DNA from: Lingula anatina
Taxonomy: Eukaryota > Animalia > Brachiopoda
Assembly (NCBI GenBank): GCA_051362555.1
Contig: CM120643.1
Location: 2,108,001 to 2,172,000, forward strand
DNA: 64,000 nucleotides
Direction of reading: 5' to 3'
A program made the position numbers and the translations under genes. Positions 37,850-50,372 of the stretch are shown one piece after another (position 1 is the stretch's first letter; every line of letters starts with the position of its first letter). Under the pieces are notes generated by a model, which ran no database searches, had not been told where the DNA came from, and saw nothing but the letters and a program-made list of their open reading frames with translations.

Positions 37850-39560
37850 TTCGGTGTTATAAGCAAGCTTTTAACCACGCTATAATTTGTATTTGGAATT
37901 CCCAGAATTGTGTCAGTATACCTGTATGTTAGTTGTAGTCTATTTCCTGTCTTTGAGTAGCTAGGGGGGCAAGTTTTGGAATTGTTACTAACAGAGGATG
38001 AAAGGTTTCAGTGTTTTTCACAAAATACTACAGTCAACTGCATCTTCAACGCCTATAATTCTGAGATAGTGATTTGGTGCTAATATTCTCTTTGAAATTT
38101 GTTATTGAAACCAGAAAAGTTTAGTATCTAAACAATATTGGAAAGGAATGTTATCCAGGGCTTTCCATCTTTCAAAAGTGGTAGGTTCATTCAAAATGAG
38201 TTCTCATTTCACATTGCATTCGTCTTCTTCAGTTCATTTGAATTAAAATATCATAAGAAGCTCCCCTCCCTTTTATTTTAATAATTTTAATAACCATTTT
38301 AGTTGGGTTGGTATTAGAGGGATCTCAATTTTTACCCGTAATTTATCAATATTCATTTGTTTTTGAAATGTTTTAACTGCACATAGCACACTTGTGAAAG
38401 TAACATAATTGGTTAAATTATCGTAGATTTTCTTGAACTGGTCATGTGTTAAGTAATTCCCCTCTGTATCAATCAAATTATTTATGTTTTCCAATTTATT
38501 TCATTTTTTATACTAAAGACTAAAGGAAAAAATAAGAGCATATTGAGTTGTTGTGCATGACTCCTGAGCCTTGCAATTTTAGGGAATTGATAGTCTTTAA
38601 CGTTGGGAACTTTTATACCCCCATTTGAGAAAGATTGTGCCTTTCAACATTACGTTTTACCCTAATAACTTTTTCATTCCATAAAAAAATTGAATCACAT
38701 TTTTTTGTATTTTATCTACGTATTCGTTTGGTATTGACTATGCAGATAATATATGTGTAACATTTAGGAGAGTGAAATTTTTGAAAACAGTATTTCTCAC
38801 CAAGCCTGTCAGTGAGTGACAAGACCAACTGTTCATAGTTCTGTTCATGTCTTAAAATTTCTCTTTTTTTAGATTTTCTCCACCATTTATTGTAAATTTG
38901 TCAAGAAATCTATTTCAAGCCAGTTTAATTTTTTTTTTTTTCCTATGTAGTTCAAACATGTTTGAGAATTCTTCTAAAAACCTAAGTGTATTTCTTAAAC
39001 TTTTTTCAGCTCATTCAGTTTCATCATAGGCATTTATTTTTATGCATTCTGTATTTTCTTCTCTTTATAACATAACACTAAGTAACTCCGCAGAGAGTAT
39101 ATGACGACTTAAAAAAAAACAGGCAGCAAACCAGGACACAAAACGAGTCATTTAGAAAGGCTTTATCTATGGAACAGATTCTTCAAAACCAAACAATTCA
39201 AAAGTTTTAAGGGTGTTGTTACCCGTTGTTACCATCAAAATACCGAAAATGAGTTTTTTCCTGCATCTAATCATTCAATAATTCATCTAACTTTGTGCTT
39301 ATTTAAAACAATGAAAAAACAGTGTGACATTATATGATAAACCCCCAATCAATTGAATTTAAAGCCTTTACGAAATTGATTTGCATAAACAGGTGCCTCA
39401 TGTGTTTCACAATATTCGAGTTAATCGAAAATAATTCGTGCATTCTCCCCCAATTTATCTGCCCGTCATAAATTGATTTTGGTCTTCCACCTCTTGGTTT
39501 GTACATCCAAGTCCTTACTTTCATTAATGTTCGTATTTTCAAATACAATTTAAATTTAAA
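37850..39560 (-). mobile_element. Highly decayed L1/Tx1-like LINE ORF2 fragments
   Basis: INFVKALNSIDWGFII (degenerate DFEKAFDS..W motif), GGIKVPNVKDY (~38620) and NINNLIDTEGNYLTHDQFKKIY; many stops; boundaries approximate. Confidence 0.7.
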
Positions 39561-39814
39561 AAAATTAGATCAAGCCATTTAATATACCTGTTATTCGTCC
39601 CCTCCCTCAGTGATTAACGAGTAGCTTAATTTACTTTCAACGACCAAACGGAATGACATTTCTGTTTTAGTCATTGCATTCCGCTTCTTCTGTAGAGTTT
39701 ATTTAATGTAGGGGAGCTGAGGTAAAATATGATGGAAATAGCAAAGACGTCGCACTGAATGAATTGATTGAGCCGGAAAGAGCCAGAAAGCTTTCATTTG
39801 TGCTAAACGTTAAA

Positions 39815-39860
<46 letters not shown>

Positions 39861-42030
39861 AAAGGCTGAATAATGAAATATTTTTTCTTCCTACGTTCTA
39901 TGAAGTTCAAGATTAAATGCAACTCACCTGCCAATTTTCATTTAAATAACGTTTCGGAGGCAGTAAGGTAATTTCAAAGCAATGTAATATTTTAGAATGT
40001 GATAAGCCTATTAATACCCTAAATATGTGTTATTTATTTAGCATTTCAAAATGACCATATAATTTCCTCTGTTAGACTTTCTTCATCTGTCTTCCACCTC
40101 TTAAGTTGCACAATGCAAAGTCCTAAATTTCAGTATCGTTTGGAGATTGGGCTCAGGGACAACAGGTGTAGTATTAATACTTCAAAGGTCCATAATCTAG
40201 ACCATGGAATAAGTTGCGTCAGACTATTAGAACGCACCTCTCACTGCACACATTTGTATTACAATTAACAGATTTAATGTGATTTTTATCATCGCATGTA
40301 GGACATAAGAGAATAATAGACCTTTTAATTCCTGTTACCGTTCATCCCCCACACCCTGCGAACACCAATTTAGAAATGGTGGGGGTCGGGTCAGGCTTTT
40401 TTCCCAGCTCTGGGACTGGGAATGAGGCGTAAATGCGCACGCAAGGGGTGTATAGTGTATTACCGTATTTTTAGATATTCAATATTTAATAATGTGAATG
40501 ACCAGGGAAGCTTCTGTTTTGAACATGAATCCCACAGTGCCCGAGTTGTAAAACCGGTTTCTTGTGATCCATCTAACTGCAAGAATTAAAAAAGAAGGAA
40601 AACTTAGCAACTGCTGCATTTCTGGAATATTATTGTGTAATTTTTATAGAAACATCATTTCAATTATCATTGCAATACATGCAATTCCAAAGTAATTTTG
40701 AGATTTGTAATTAATCAAAACAATTACTTAAAAGGAGTCAGCAATAAAACCATTTGCCCATATCCCATTCACTCTATTATGATTGACGAGTGCAAAATCC
40801 ACTTTCAACGACCATATGTTGCCATTCCTGTTTAAGTCATTGCATTGATTTTCAAAATGTTTTATCTATTGTCTAGAATCTGAGGTAAAATATGATGGAA
40901 ATAGCAAAGACGTGTAAAGGGATTGAGTCAAAAAGCTTTCATTGTGGTTAACGATGAAATAAAACCCTCAAAGGCTAAAGAATTAAGTATTTTTTCTAAT
41001 TTTCTATCAAATTCGAGATAAATTGAACCTTACGTGTCAAACGGAATGCTGCATTTATGGAAAATCAACATTTAAGTTTCATTTAAATCACGTTTAGGAA
41101 ACCTTTCAAGTGAGTTTAGAATATGACAAGCCTATAAATAATTAAAAAAATATTGTTTTTCAAAGTGGTTTTTAAATTTCCTCTGTCAGTATTTCTACAT
41201 CCGTCTTCCACCTCTTAATATGCATAACCCTAAGTCCTCACTTTCATTATCGTTTTTATTTTCAAATACAATTAAAATTAACATCACAATTAAAAATTGT
41301 TTCAAATCAAGCCATAAGTTATCTGTTACCGTGTTAACCTATTTGTGGTTAGGGGCAAATTTACCTGTAGCGAGAGAGATCTTGTATTTTAATACTTTAA
41401 AAAACTTTGACATTTCTATATTTCACGTTTTTTTCGGAAATTCTGGGCAGGAAAATGTAACAGCGAATAAAAATTCAACAAGCTGAAAGTATTGGGTTTG
41501 TAATCAATGTTTGTAGTATAAATACTTGAAAGGTCCATACAGAATTTATCCTGATAAGAGGGTAAAAGTGACCACCTTTGTACATGAAAAAAAAATGAAT
41601 GAATGAAAAAATGATACCAAATTAAAACCAAGGTATTCCACTTTTTACCCTAGGTTCTAGATTTACGTATTGCCAGCTCCATGTAAGAATAGCAGACGTT
41701 AATTGTGATGGTCCCTACTTTATAAAGAGATCCATGCTATAGAGACCCTCTACACATAGGGTGGGCTTGACCCAGCCCACTTCTAATGGGTATGAAAGTA
41801 CATATTGCACAACTTAGATCATTGTGCAAATGCCCGCTTTTATATCTATTTTGCATAAAAAGTAAAATAAAAGGCTCCATTACACACACCCTAGTTTTGT
41901 ACCGACCTTCTGCACCAGCATTATATGGTAAAGGAATGTATTTTTTCCAAAATGCTACTAAATGCCTTCCGATGTCAAGGAGATCAGCGAAAACCTATTG
42001 ACTTGGTAAATAGTCCAAACAAGAGACCAC

Positions 42031-44349
42031 TGTAGAGCCGCATTTTGCAACCGACCGCATTTTGCAACCGGTTGCAAAATGCGTTCAGTTGCAAAATGCG
42101 GTCCTACTAAGTAGAGCCGCATTTTGCAACTGAACGCATTTTGCAACTGCAACGCATTTTGCAACCAAAGAAAATCGTGAAAACGCATTTTGCAACTGCA
42201 ACGCATTTTGCAACCAGGATTTTTTTCTAAGTCCCTGAAACAGCTTGAAGTACGAGACAGGTAGAAATGAAGTTGGGACGGGTTTGCTTCGACTATGTAT
42301 GCTGAAACTGGCCAGGCTGCCCCTGGGGTGGACGAAAATATAAAACTCATTGCACATTGTAATTTCCTAAACCATTAGAGTTAGGAACTCTAAACGTTAA
42401 TAATTATAAACATTTTGTTAGGCATGTGCATGGGACTTCGGATTTTTTTTTTTAATTGGGGGTGTGGCCGTCCCTAGGGTGGTTGATAGTTCTTTTTACT
42501 TCGTATTTTTCTCCTATCTACCCTTATATCTTAAGAATTGGGAAATAAAAAAGTTGGGGATTAATACACTATCGTAAGAAATGTGCATGGGCACTTCGGA
42601 AATTTATTGTGACATGGGTGTGGTTGTCCCTGGGGGTGGTTGATTCTAATTTTACAACGTATTTTCTGCTATCTGCCCATTGTATCGGCCATTTGAGTTA
42701 AAGCATGAAACGTAGCTACAGTATAATTTGGGACGTTGAATGGCATTTAATTTTTTTGACTGAGGGTGTGGTCCTGGGGGTGGTTGAATACAATTAGACG
42801 TTGTATTTTCTGCTATCTACCTTTAGACCATATAATTCAGGAACGGAAGGCTATGGGAATTGAAAACATGTCTTTAGGGATATGGATCCTTCTCGGGTAT
42901 TGATGGGTGTGGCCGTCCCTGGGGGTGGTTGATTCTATTTTTTGCACCGTTACTTCTACTACATGTATCTACCCTTAGAGTTAGGAACATGAAATGTTGG
43001 GGATTGATAATGAATGTACATGGGTTTTTGAGGAATGTAGAGAACAGCAGCGGCGCACATAGCACTAAACGCACTTACAGTCGTAGGCATGAATATAGGT
43101 CAAGGAATCCAGTTAAAGCTGTCCTTTCGACCCATGCCAACCATAAGGCCCTACACACTCAGAAATCCTGGCGTTAAACTAGCCGTTGTGTTTTATATGT
43201 TAATTAATCATAAATAGTAATTAGCATGTGTGTTGCTCTACAGAGGCTATGCCTGAAAGTACATGTATATGGGGTCTTGCATGGGTTTTTAATTAACTTG
43301 ACCTATATTCAAGCATACCGCTGAAGGTCTGTTATTAAGTGCCGTCTGCTGCGTTCTTTGTATTCCCCTTCCTTCTTAACTCAAAGACAGCTTTCAGATT
43401 CATACATCCTACTAGCTGGGTCGGTCCAACTTTGCAGGGGATCTCACTTAAGTGCAATCAGTGGAATCAGCTTAATTGTCTGACGTACCACCAATAACCC
43501 CATCCCCTGAGGGACAATCACACCCAAAGTCACACTAAAATTCCCCTGTACCCATGCACCAAAGACTCGTGCTCCTAACTCGAATGGTCGAGAAGGAGAT
43601 GAAAGAAATTACGGTGAAAATATTACAGTCAAGTAACTATCCCCAGGGACGGCCACTCCCCAAGTGACTAAAAAGTCCAATGTGCCCGAGCACATCTCTA
43701 ACGATCTCAACCACCCCCAGGGACAGCTACACCCCAAGTCACAAAAAATCTGGAGTGCCCACGCACATTTCTGACGATGGTATTAATCCCCAACGCTTTT
43801 ATTTCCTAATTCTAAAGATATAAGGGTAGATAACAGAAAATACAATGTAAAAATACAATCAACCACCCCTAGGGACGGCCACACCCCTATGTGCATGCCT
43901 AACAATATCTTTTTTACTCCCTGACGTTTTAACCTCCTAACTCTAATGGTTTAGGAAATTACAATGTGAAATAAGTTTTATATTATCGTCCACCCCAGGG
44001 GCAGCCTGGCCTGTTTCAGCATACATAGTCGAAGCAAACCCGCCCCCACCCCAATTATACCGTAGCCTACCTGTCTCGTACTTCAAGCTGTTTCAGGGAC
44101 TTAGAAAAAAATCCTGGTTGCAAAATGCGTTGCAGTTGCAAAATGCGTTTTCACGATTTTCTTTGGTTGCAAAATGCGTTGCAGTTGCAAAATGCGTTTT
44201 CACGATTTTCTTTGGTTGCAAAATGCGTTGCAGTTGCAAAATGCGTTCAGTTGCAAAATGCGGCTCTACTTAGTAGGACCGCATTTTGCAACTGAACGCA
44301 TTTTGCAACCGGTTGCAAAATGCGGTCGGTTGCAAAATGCGGCTCTACA
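42031..44349. mobile_element. Long-TIR fold-back DNA transposon, Ginger-like, non-autonomous
   Basis: TGT...ACA termini; 4-bp duplication CCAC (42027-30 and 44350-53); near-identical outer arms made of GCATTTTGCAAC repeats; inner arms carry ~150-bp repeats with GGGTGTGGCCGTCCC..GGTGGTTGA. Confidence 0.85.
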
Positions 44350-44379
44350 CCACTAGCTTATAATTATATAATAACCAGA

Positions 44380-44680
44380 CGTTTACCAGATAAAGCAAGC
44401 TAGCCACTATACTGATGAGCATCTGCTAGATGGCCAGCTTGGAATTAGTGTATGTCAGAATGCACCTAATTTAATCAGAGCCAAAATGCAATTAACAAAT
44501 CTGCAGGTAGCACACATCTAGACACCAGTACACATTATGGATTTTGATCTCCCATAGCAAAACTAGACCCATCAATGGCTGGTACTGTCAGTGTAAAGTA
44601 GGAGCCTGGGCAGTTGAAAGTTGTGCACATATCACGTCAGTCCTGTGGTATATGGAGATTACCAAAAGGCAGGGATGCAA
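44380..44680 (+). pseudogene. Remnant of a transposon-encoded protein with a C-terminal SWIM zinc finger (Harbinger/ISL2EU-related)
   Basis: VYQIKQASHYTDEHL...LIRAKMQ...YTLWI...GWYCQCKVGAWAVESCAHITSVLWYM (CxCx9CxH); frameshifted. Confidence 0.6.
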
Positions 44681-45909
44681 TCGAAAATTATGTTGTGGAA
44701 AAGGCTGCTTGTATGCCTCATATTTACCAACATAAAGTGATGACAGTATAAGCGAGATCGAAAAAGTCTTGGAAAGTACATACGATTGATTATCTATTGT
44801 TTCTTAAACATTTTATTCTCATCTTTTTATATTTTGTATAATGTAACTATTACAGTTACCATTCGTAGGATAAAATTGGCAGGATACATCATTCGACTAC
44901 CAATTGAGATGCAACCAAATTCTAAAACTGCTATGACTTGGGTACTACCGGGAGGCAAGCACAAATTTAAATAATTCACAAATCAAAATATCTTCTCAAA
45001 AGGATTCACTGATTAAACTGGATTTTTACAGAACTGTCGGGAAAATACAATAGAGACATAATTGTAAAAATCATCTAAGATCACGCCCCTCTTTCTTGTT
45101 CCTAATAATACATTATAAGTACAATGCTTGTAAAAATAGAACTCAGCCACTCTTTTTACCGATAGCTGAATAGATTGGGGGAGAATAAAAACAAGTAAAT
45201 ATGTAGCGGGTAGCAGGTTAATTGCTTCATTTAATATCAATTTTATTCTTAATCATGCTTTATGTTGCGATTTCTGACCAATTCATTATTTGCTTAAACT
45301 GTTTATGGCGCCGTCATATCTTTAAATTCCCATTAAAAATTGCTAACTTTCTTTTCCGTCTCATTAATGTATATTTCTCTCAATATTATGCAAACGACTC
45401 CAGAGATTATGAAGAGAGTAGGCTGCAAAACCCCTATTTGCCTGTGTAGTTTGGACAAAAACACTAAGATCATAAATATTTAAATGATTTCCCCTACGTT
45501 TGTTCTTATTTCTAAAAGGTTTATCAAATGTCGCAAATGAGACGCTGTGTTTATGGAAATGAATGAATGTTTGTTATTTAAGAATTTTATTTAAGAAACT
45601 TTATTTACCTAAAATTTTCTCATGAAACCAAAGCAAAAGAATTAAGGAATTTAATATGATGTACGGTCATACTCCATAAAATATGTTTTTAATTCTCAAC
45701 CTGTTTCTGTTCATGCTTTCTACATCCGCCGTCGCCTTAAAAAATTAAATGACTTTCTCCGTGTTCTGCCAAATTCGAGATTTTATGTATTCTACTTATA
45801 CGTTCTGTATTTATGGTAAATCATTTTTTAATCATGTAACTGGCATCATTATAATGTTTTTAAAAGGGGTAACTGGTTTTAGAATATGACAAGCCTATAA
45901 ATACTCCAA

Positions 45910-46105
45910 AATCTCACTGGAACAACATGAAAATGCAGGCAGCAAACAGCCATATACCTAAAGAAGAGAGGAAGGACCCTACCAGTCACTGGTAAATTAA
46001 GAGAGGAGACTAGTTAATGGAGACCCGGATAAATACATGTACAAGCAAATACAAAACACCATAGAGAAATGCAGAAAAGCTAAATAACAATGGCTAGAAG
46101 AAGAA
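45910..46105 (+). mobile_element. Short RTE-like LINE ORF fragment
   Basis: EKCRKAK*QWLEEE resembles the RKCRKAKE.WLEE linker of RTE-clade ORFs; very short. Confidence 0.4.
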
Positions 46106-46108
46106 CGG

Positions 46109-46483
46109 CGTGGACATGGGTTATCTAATGCTATACCTGGTACTCCAGGTGTCCTATACATATCTACCGTGGACATGGGTTATCTGATGCTATACCTGGT
46201 ACTCCAGGTGTCCTATAGATATCTACCGTTGACATGGGCTATCTGATGCTATACCTGGTACTCCAGTTGTCCTATAGATATCTACCGTGGACAGGGGTTA
46301 TCTGATGCTATACCTGGTACTCCAGGTGTCCTATAGATATCTACCGTGGACAGGGGTTATCTGATGCTATACCTGGTACTCCAGGTGTCCTATACATATC
46401 TACCGTGGACATGGGTTATCTGATGCTATACCTGGTACTCCAGTTGTCCTATAGATATCTACCGTGGACATGGGTTATCTGAT
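46109..46483 (-). repeat. 59-bp minisatellite, inverted array, about 6.4 copies
   Basis: Reverse complement of the 28437 unit (CGTGGACATGGGTTATCTGATGCTATACCTGGTACTCCAGGTGTCCTATAGATATCTAC). Confidence 0.95.
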
Positions 46484-48013
46484 CCCCACTTATAACATGA
46501 AAAAACACATGTACAGGGGTATAGAGCAAATAAGATCCTAATTCAGTCTGATTCGATCTGCTCAAGCCTTTTACACCCGCCGTTATATCTTTAAATTATC
46601 ACAAAAATTGCTAACTTTCTTTTCCATCTCATTAATGTATATTTCTTTCAATATTATGCAAACGACTCCAGAGGTTATGAAGCGAGTAGGCTGCAAAACC
46701 CCTATTTGCCTGTATAGTTTGAACATAAAACACTAAGATCATGAAAATTTAAATGATTTCCCCTACGCTTGTTCTTATTTCTAGAAGGTTTATCAAATGT
46801 CGCAAATGAGACGCTGTGTTTATGGAAATGAATGAATGTTTATTATTTAAGAATTTTATTTAAGTAACTTTGTTTACCTAGAATTTATTCATGAAACCAA
46901 TTGCAAAAGAATTAAGGAATTTAATATGATGTACGGTCATACTCCATAAAAACATGTTTTTAATTTTCAACCTGTTTCTGATCTTGCCTCTACATCCGCC
47001 GTCGCCTTTTTATTCTCACATAATTTTGCTAACATTCTTTATCATTGCCACCTAAATAATGTATATTATCTCTCAATAATATAATAATAAATGCTGTATT
47101 TGAAACCTAAAAGATCATGATCATGTACTGTATTAAGCCATATAGCTACCTGTTACTATGCTAACCTGTTTGTGGTAAGGGAGACATTTACCTGTAAAAA
47201 AAAGGTATCGTTGTAATACTGCAGAGCAGTCTCTTTTTCCCTAATTTTCTTTCTGTGTCTCTTTATTTCTTGGTTTAAAGTCTCCGAGTGTTTTCCATTC
47301 TTCCCCTTTGTTCGGTTCTGTGCCAATACCCGATTCTAGGAAGAGCTCATGTCTTATGTCTACCTCAACACATCACACATTCAACCGTGTTTTGAAACCT
47401 TATCTTTGCAAGACAGCTTGTCCTTGTCTCGACACATTTTGCAGCGACTCCATGTCATTTACAAACGTGTACTTATTAACAGTGTACTTGAAACATTTTT
47501 TAATGAAATCATTACCTACATTTAATGCATACTTCGAATCATTGCATGTGGGTGTGAATGTAAAATCGCCAGCTTTTCTGTAGAATCCATTTTAGTCTGT
47601 CAATCTGATTGCATTCAGCGAGAATCCCCGTGGATTTATTGCACAGTAGACGGGTCGATATATTGATGATAAACGGACCATTGATTATCTGGCACCCATG
47701 GTTAGGTCCAGATTCCTCTATCCCATTTTAACACCGTGATTTTTGTTCGGTTGGTCTATTTTCGTCATATAAATTGAGGCATTCGTAGCCATTTTGATTC
47801 AGACTACAGAAATATCAATCGACCTGATACATCATTGACATTATGTCACATCTGACCACTGCAGTACAATGTCATTACATGTAACAGACCAACTGTATGT
47901 TGCTTTCATTAAATAACTCAATAAAATTGGAGGTTATTTTTACATTGTTTTAAAAACTGGCTTACGCCAATCTAAGAATTATCTTAAGCTTTCCAGTTAT
48001 GCACTGTGACCAT

Positions 48014-48187
48014 CAGGTATAGCATCAGATAGCCAATGTCCACGGTAGATATCTATAGGACACCTGGAGTACCAGGTATAGCATCAGATAGACCATGTCC
48101 ACGGTAGATATATGTAGGACACCTGGAGTACCAGGCATAGCATCAGGTACCCCGTGTCCACGGTAGATATCTATAGGACACCTGGAG
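48014..48187 (+). repeat. 59-bp minisatellite, about 3 copies, at the paralogous position upstream of gene 3
   Basis: Same unit and same 3' junction (CCTGGAGAAAATGAGGCTATC) as the 28437-29150 array. Confidence 0.95.
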
Positions 48188-48211
48188 AAAATGAGGCTAT
48201 CAAGGTGAATA

Positions 48212-48251
48212 TCCCTGATGAAGATTTTCTGCTACACATCGAAACATTGGA
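48212..48251 (+). ncRNA. Decayed minimal hammerhead ribozyme core, copy upstream of gene 3
   Basis: TCC-CTGATGA-A-GATTT..ACATC-GAAAC-ATT-GGA: stem I TCC/GGA intact, one mismatch each in stems II and III. Confidence 0.55.
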
Positions 48252-48469
48252 AGTGAAATCTATTTCAATTTTAAACTGGTGACAGAAGAAAGATTACTTC
48301 ATTCTTAAAACATAGCACAGCTGATGAAATTCTTCACCAGCTGTTATCTAACCTTGCTCAAGGTTTGTGGGAAGACGTAAGCTTCATCACTTATTTACCG
48401 CATTACGCATGCGCCGCCTGGGTCATTTTTGTACTTTTATTTGAATTAAACTTAAATGTATCAGCCCTA

Positions 48470-48990
48470 TTGATGACGTGTACAGTATCACGTACAGCAT
48501 CAGACTCTCTACCATGACCATTTGACATAGAACAGATGATGAGGGAGGCGGAGAAAGACTGTATAACATTTTTCGTCAGTGAAGTTTATTTCTGTTATCA
48601 GTAGCTTCTAGTTAGAATTGTCTTTTTATTCCACAATCAGACTGAACTTGTTTATGTAGTTGTTGTTTTTGTACTCAGGCAAAGAAGACCATCGGCCTCA
48701 GAGCTCCTTGATTTAAGACATTCCCTTCAATAAATTATGCTGTCTTTCATGTCCTGTACCATATCGACTACCATATCTATCCTTAAGAAGTTTCGACAAT
48801 TCAAAAGTAAAAATGTTAACTCTTTTCCAGACATTTAAACCTAAGAACAAGTTACAAAATAGGGACACGTGTGGAAATAAAAAAATGTTTAACAATTCGA
48901 TGACGTCAATATTAATATTTATCTAAACGCCTATTGGTAGTTTCTATTCCGCCTCAGTAAAAATTGAATGAGCTCCAGTTCTATATAAAT
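48470..48990 (+). promoter_or_regulatory. Promoter of gene copy 3
   Basis: GATGACGTGT (48472), CACGTG (48866), TGACGTCA (48901), ATTGG (48934) and TATATAAA (48982). Confidence 0.7.
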
Positions 48991-49031
48991 CCTCACATCG
49001 ACGACTGTTGAGATATCTGCTTACCGTCATC

Positions 49032-49197
49032 ATGGATCGACACCTTATTTCCCTGGCTGTTGCCATAATGCTAGTCTCCGTTGGACCTGGTACGATGGTA
49101 GATGCCGCTCTCACTCCCGCTTACATTGAAGACGAGCTTAAGCCATACGAAGGCAACACCTCACATATACCGGTACCTGGCCAATACAGCCTTGACA
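49032..49197 (+). CDS. Exon 1 (signal peptide plus acidic linker) of secreted single-VWD-like protein, copy 3
   Basis: MDRHLISLAVAIMLVSVGPGTMVDAALTPAYIEDELKPYEGNTSHIPVPGQYSLD; 166 nt; phase-1 donor GTAAGT at 49198. Confidence 0.88.
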
Positions 49198-49587
49198 GTA
49201 AGTAAACATAACCAACATTGATTGAGTGTGAGCATGATGGCGACGAGATAAATTTTAGTGACTATAGCGATTATAAGATTATCTCTATGTTATGCAATTG
49301 AATAACTTTATATTTGCTTATTATGGTCATAAGGGTGTATCCTATAGTTATTGATCTGATACATTCAAAGTACCATCCATAAGTGCAAAAAGTTAAAATA
49401 GTTTATTTCATACCAAGGAATTCGTCTTTACAGTATGTCGGGTGGAATAGAAGGCAAAAGGGTGGCTGGGCTTGTTGTAACCCTTCACATTTACTTGTTG
49501 TGCTATTCAAAGATGTGCTATTCAATGTGTATTAATTGACACTTATTAACATAACATACTCAAACTTGAAATTCTCTGTTCTTTTAG

Positions 49588-49847
49588 TTAGGAATAGCAC
49601 CTGTTGGGGACGAGGCGATGTACGTTACCGTACATTGGACGGTCTAAAGTTCCTCTATAACACCCCTGTTACTAAACTTGGCGTTATGGTCATGTCCTGG
49701 ATGTTTCGTCCTTGGTGGGTGGTTACGACTCAAGAATACTTCATCTATAAATACTTTGAAGTGTCGAAAACGCGCATCGATGAAGTCTACATTAAGTGTT
49801 CAGGCGAATACTTTAGGGCTGTGTTAGGTCCTACTGTGGCATTGTCG
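49588..49847 (+). CDS. Exon 2 of single-VWD-like protein copy 3 (intact)
   Basis: Acceptor TTCTTTTAG| and donor GTGAGT; 260 nt; IRNSTCWGRGDVRYRTLDGLKFLYNTP...KTRIDEVYIKCSGEYFRAVLGPTVALS. Confidence 0.88.
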
Positions 49848-50078
49848 GTGAGTCTTCTTCCCAATAGTTTTCAACCCACTGAACACATTTTGCATTAAGC
49901 TATCGCATTCTTTTTTGTCCTTTCTAGCTCCTTTCTAGTCAGAATTATTATGCAACAATTTAGAGGTATGGTCATAGTATTTTGATTAATGTGCGCATTC
50001 TAATTATTCTCGACACTAATAGATGTAGTCCATTGCGCTAGACATATACTAACATATTAATTTGCTTTTTGTTTCCAG

Positions 50079-50372
50079 CATTGGGTCGGGGCAGGGTGGG
50101 ATCCAATTCCACCACCATACGTATTTGCCGGTGGAACTGTTACCGTGGGTTACTTTAATCCCAGAGGTTATGTTATAGATTGCTTTGACGTTCCAATGAC
50201 TGTTTATGTCGCTCTGCACTCAGTGTGGATAACCATGACCCCCTTACACTCCGCCGCTATGTTAGGAGTACGTGGAATATGCGGAGACTACAATGGCTTT
50301 GCGATTAACGACTTTTCTAACTTGGAGCCAGATATCCTTCCGCCATGGGCTCCTCTTTTGGTACCTCCGTAA
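50079..50372 (+). CDS. Exon 3 of single-VWD-like protein copy 3 (spliced product 239 aa)
   Basis: Acceptor TTTTTGTTTCCAG|; HWVGAGW...GVRGICGDYNGFAINDF...PP*; 166+260+294 = 720 nt, open throughout. Confidence 0.88.
   Translation, partial: HWVGAGWDPIPPPYVFAGGTVTVGYFNPRGYVIDCFDVPMTVYVALHSVWITMTPLHSAAMLGVRGICGDYNGFAINDFSNLEPDILPPWAPLLVPP

Noticed and set aside
41958-44356. Mirror ORFs with LQNA/CKMR repeats (41958-42357 and 44174-44356)
   Set aside because: These are translations of the GCATTTTGCAAC repeats in the TIRs.
47221-48010. Insert upstream of gene 3 as a distinct gene
   Set aside because: No coherent ORF; probably mixed LINE and MITE debris that could not be classified.
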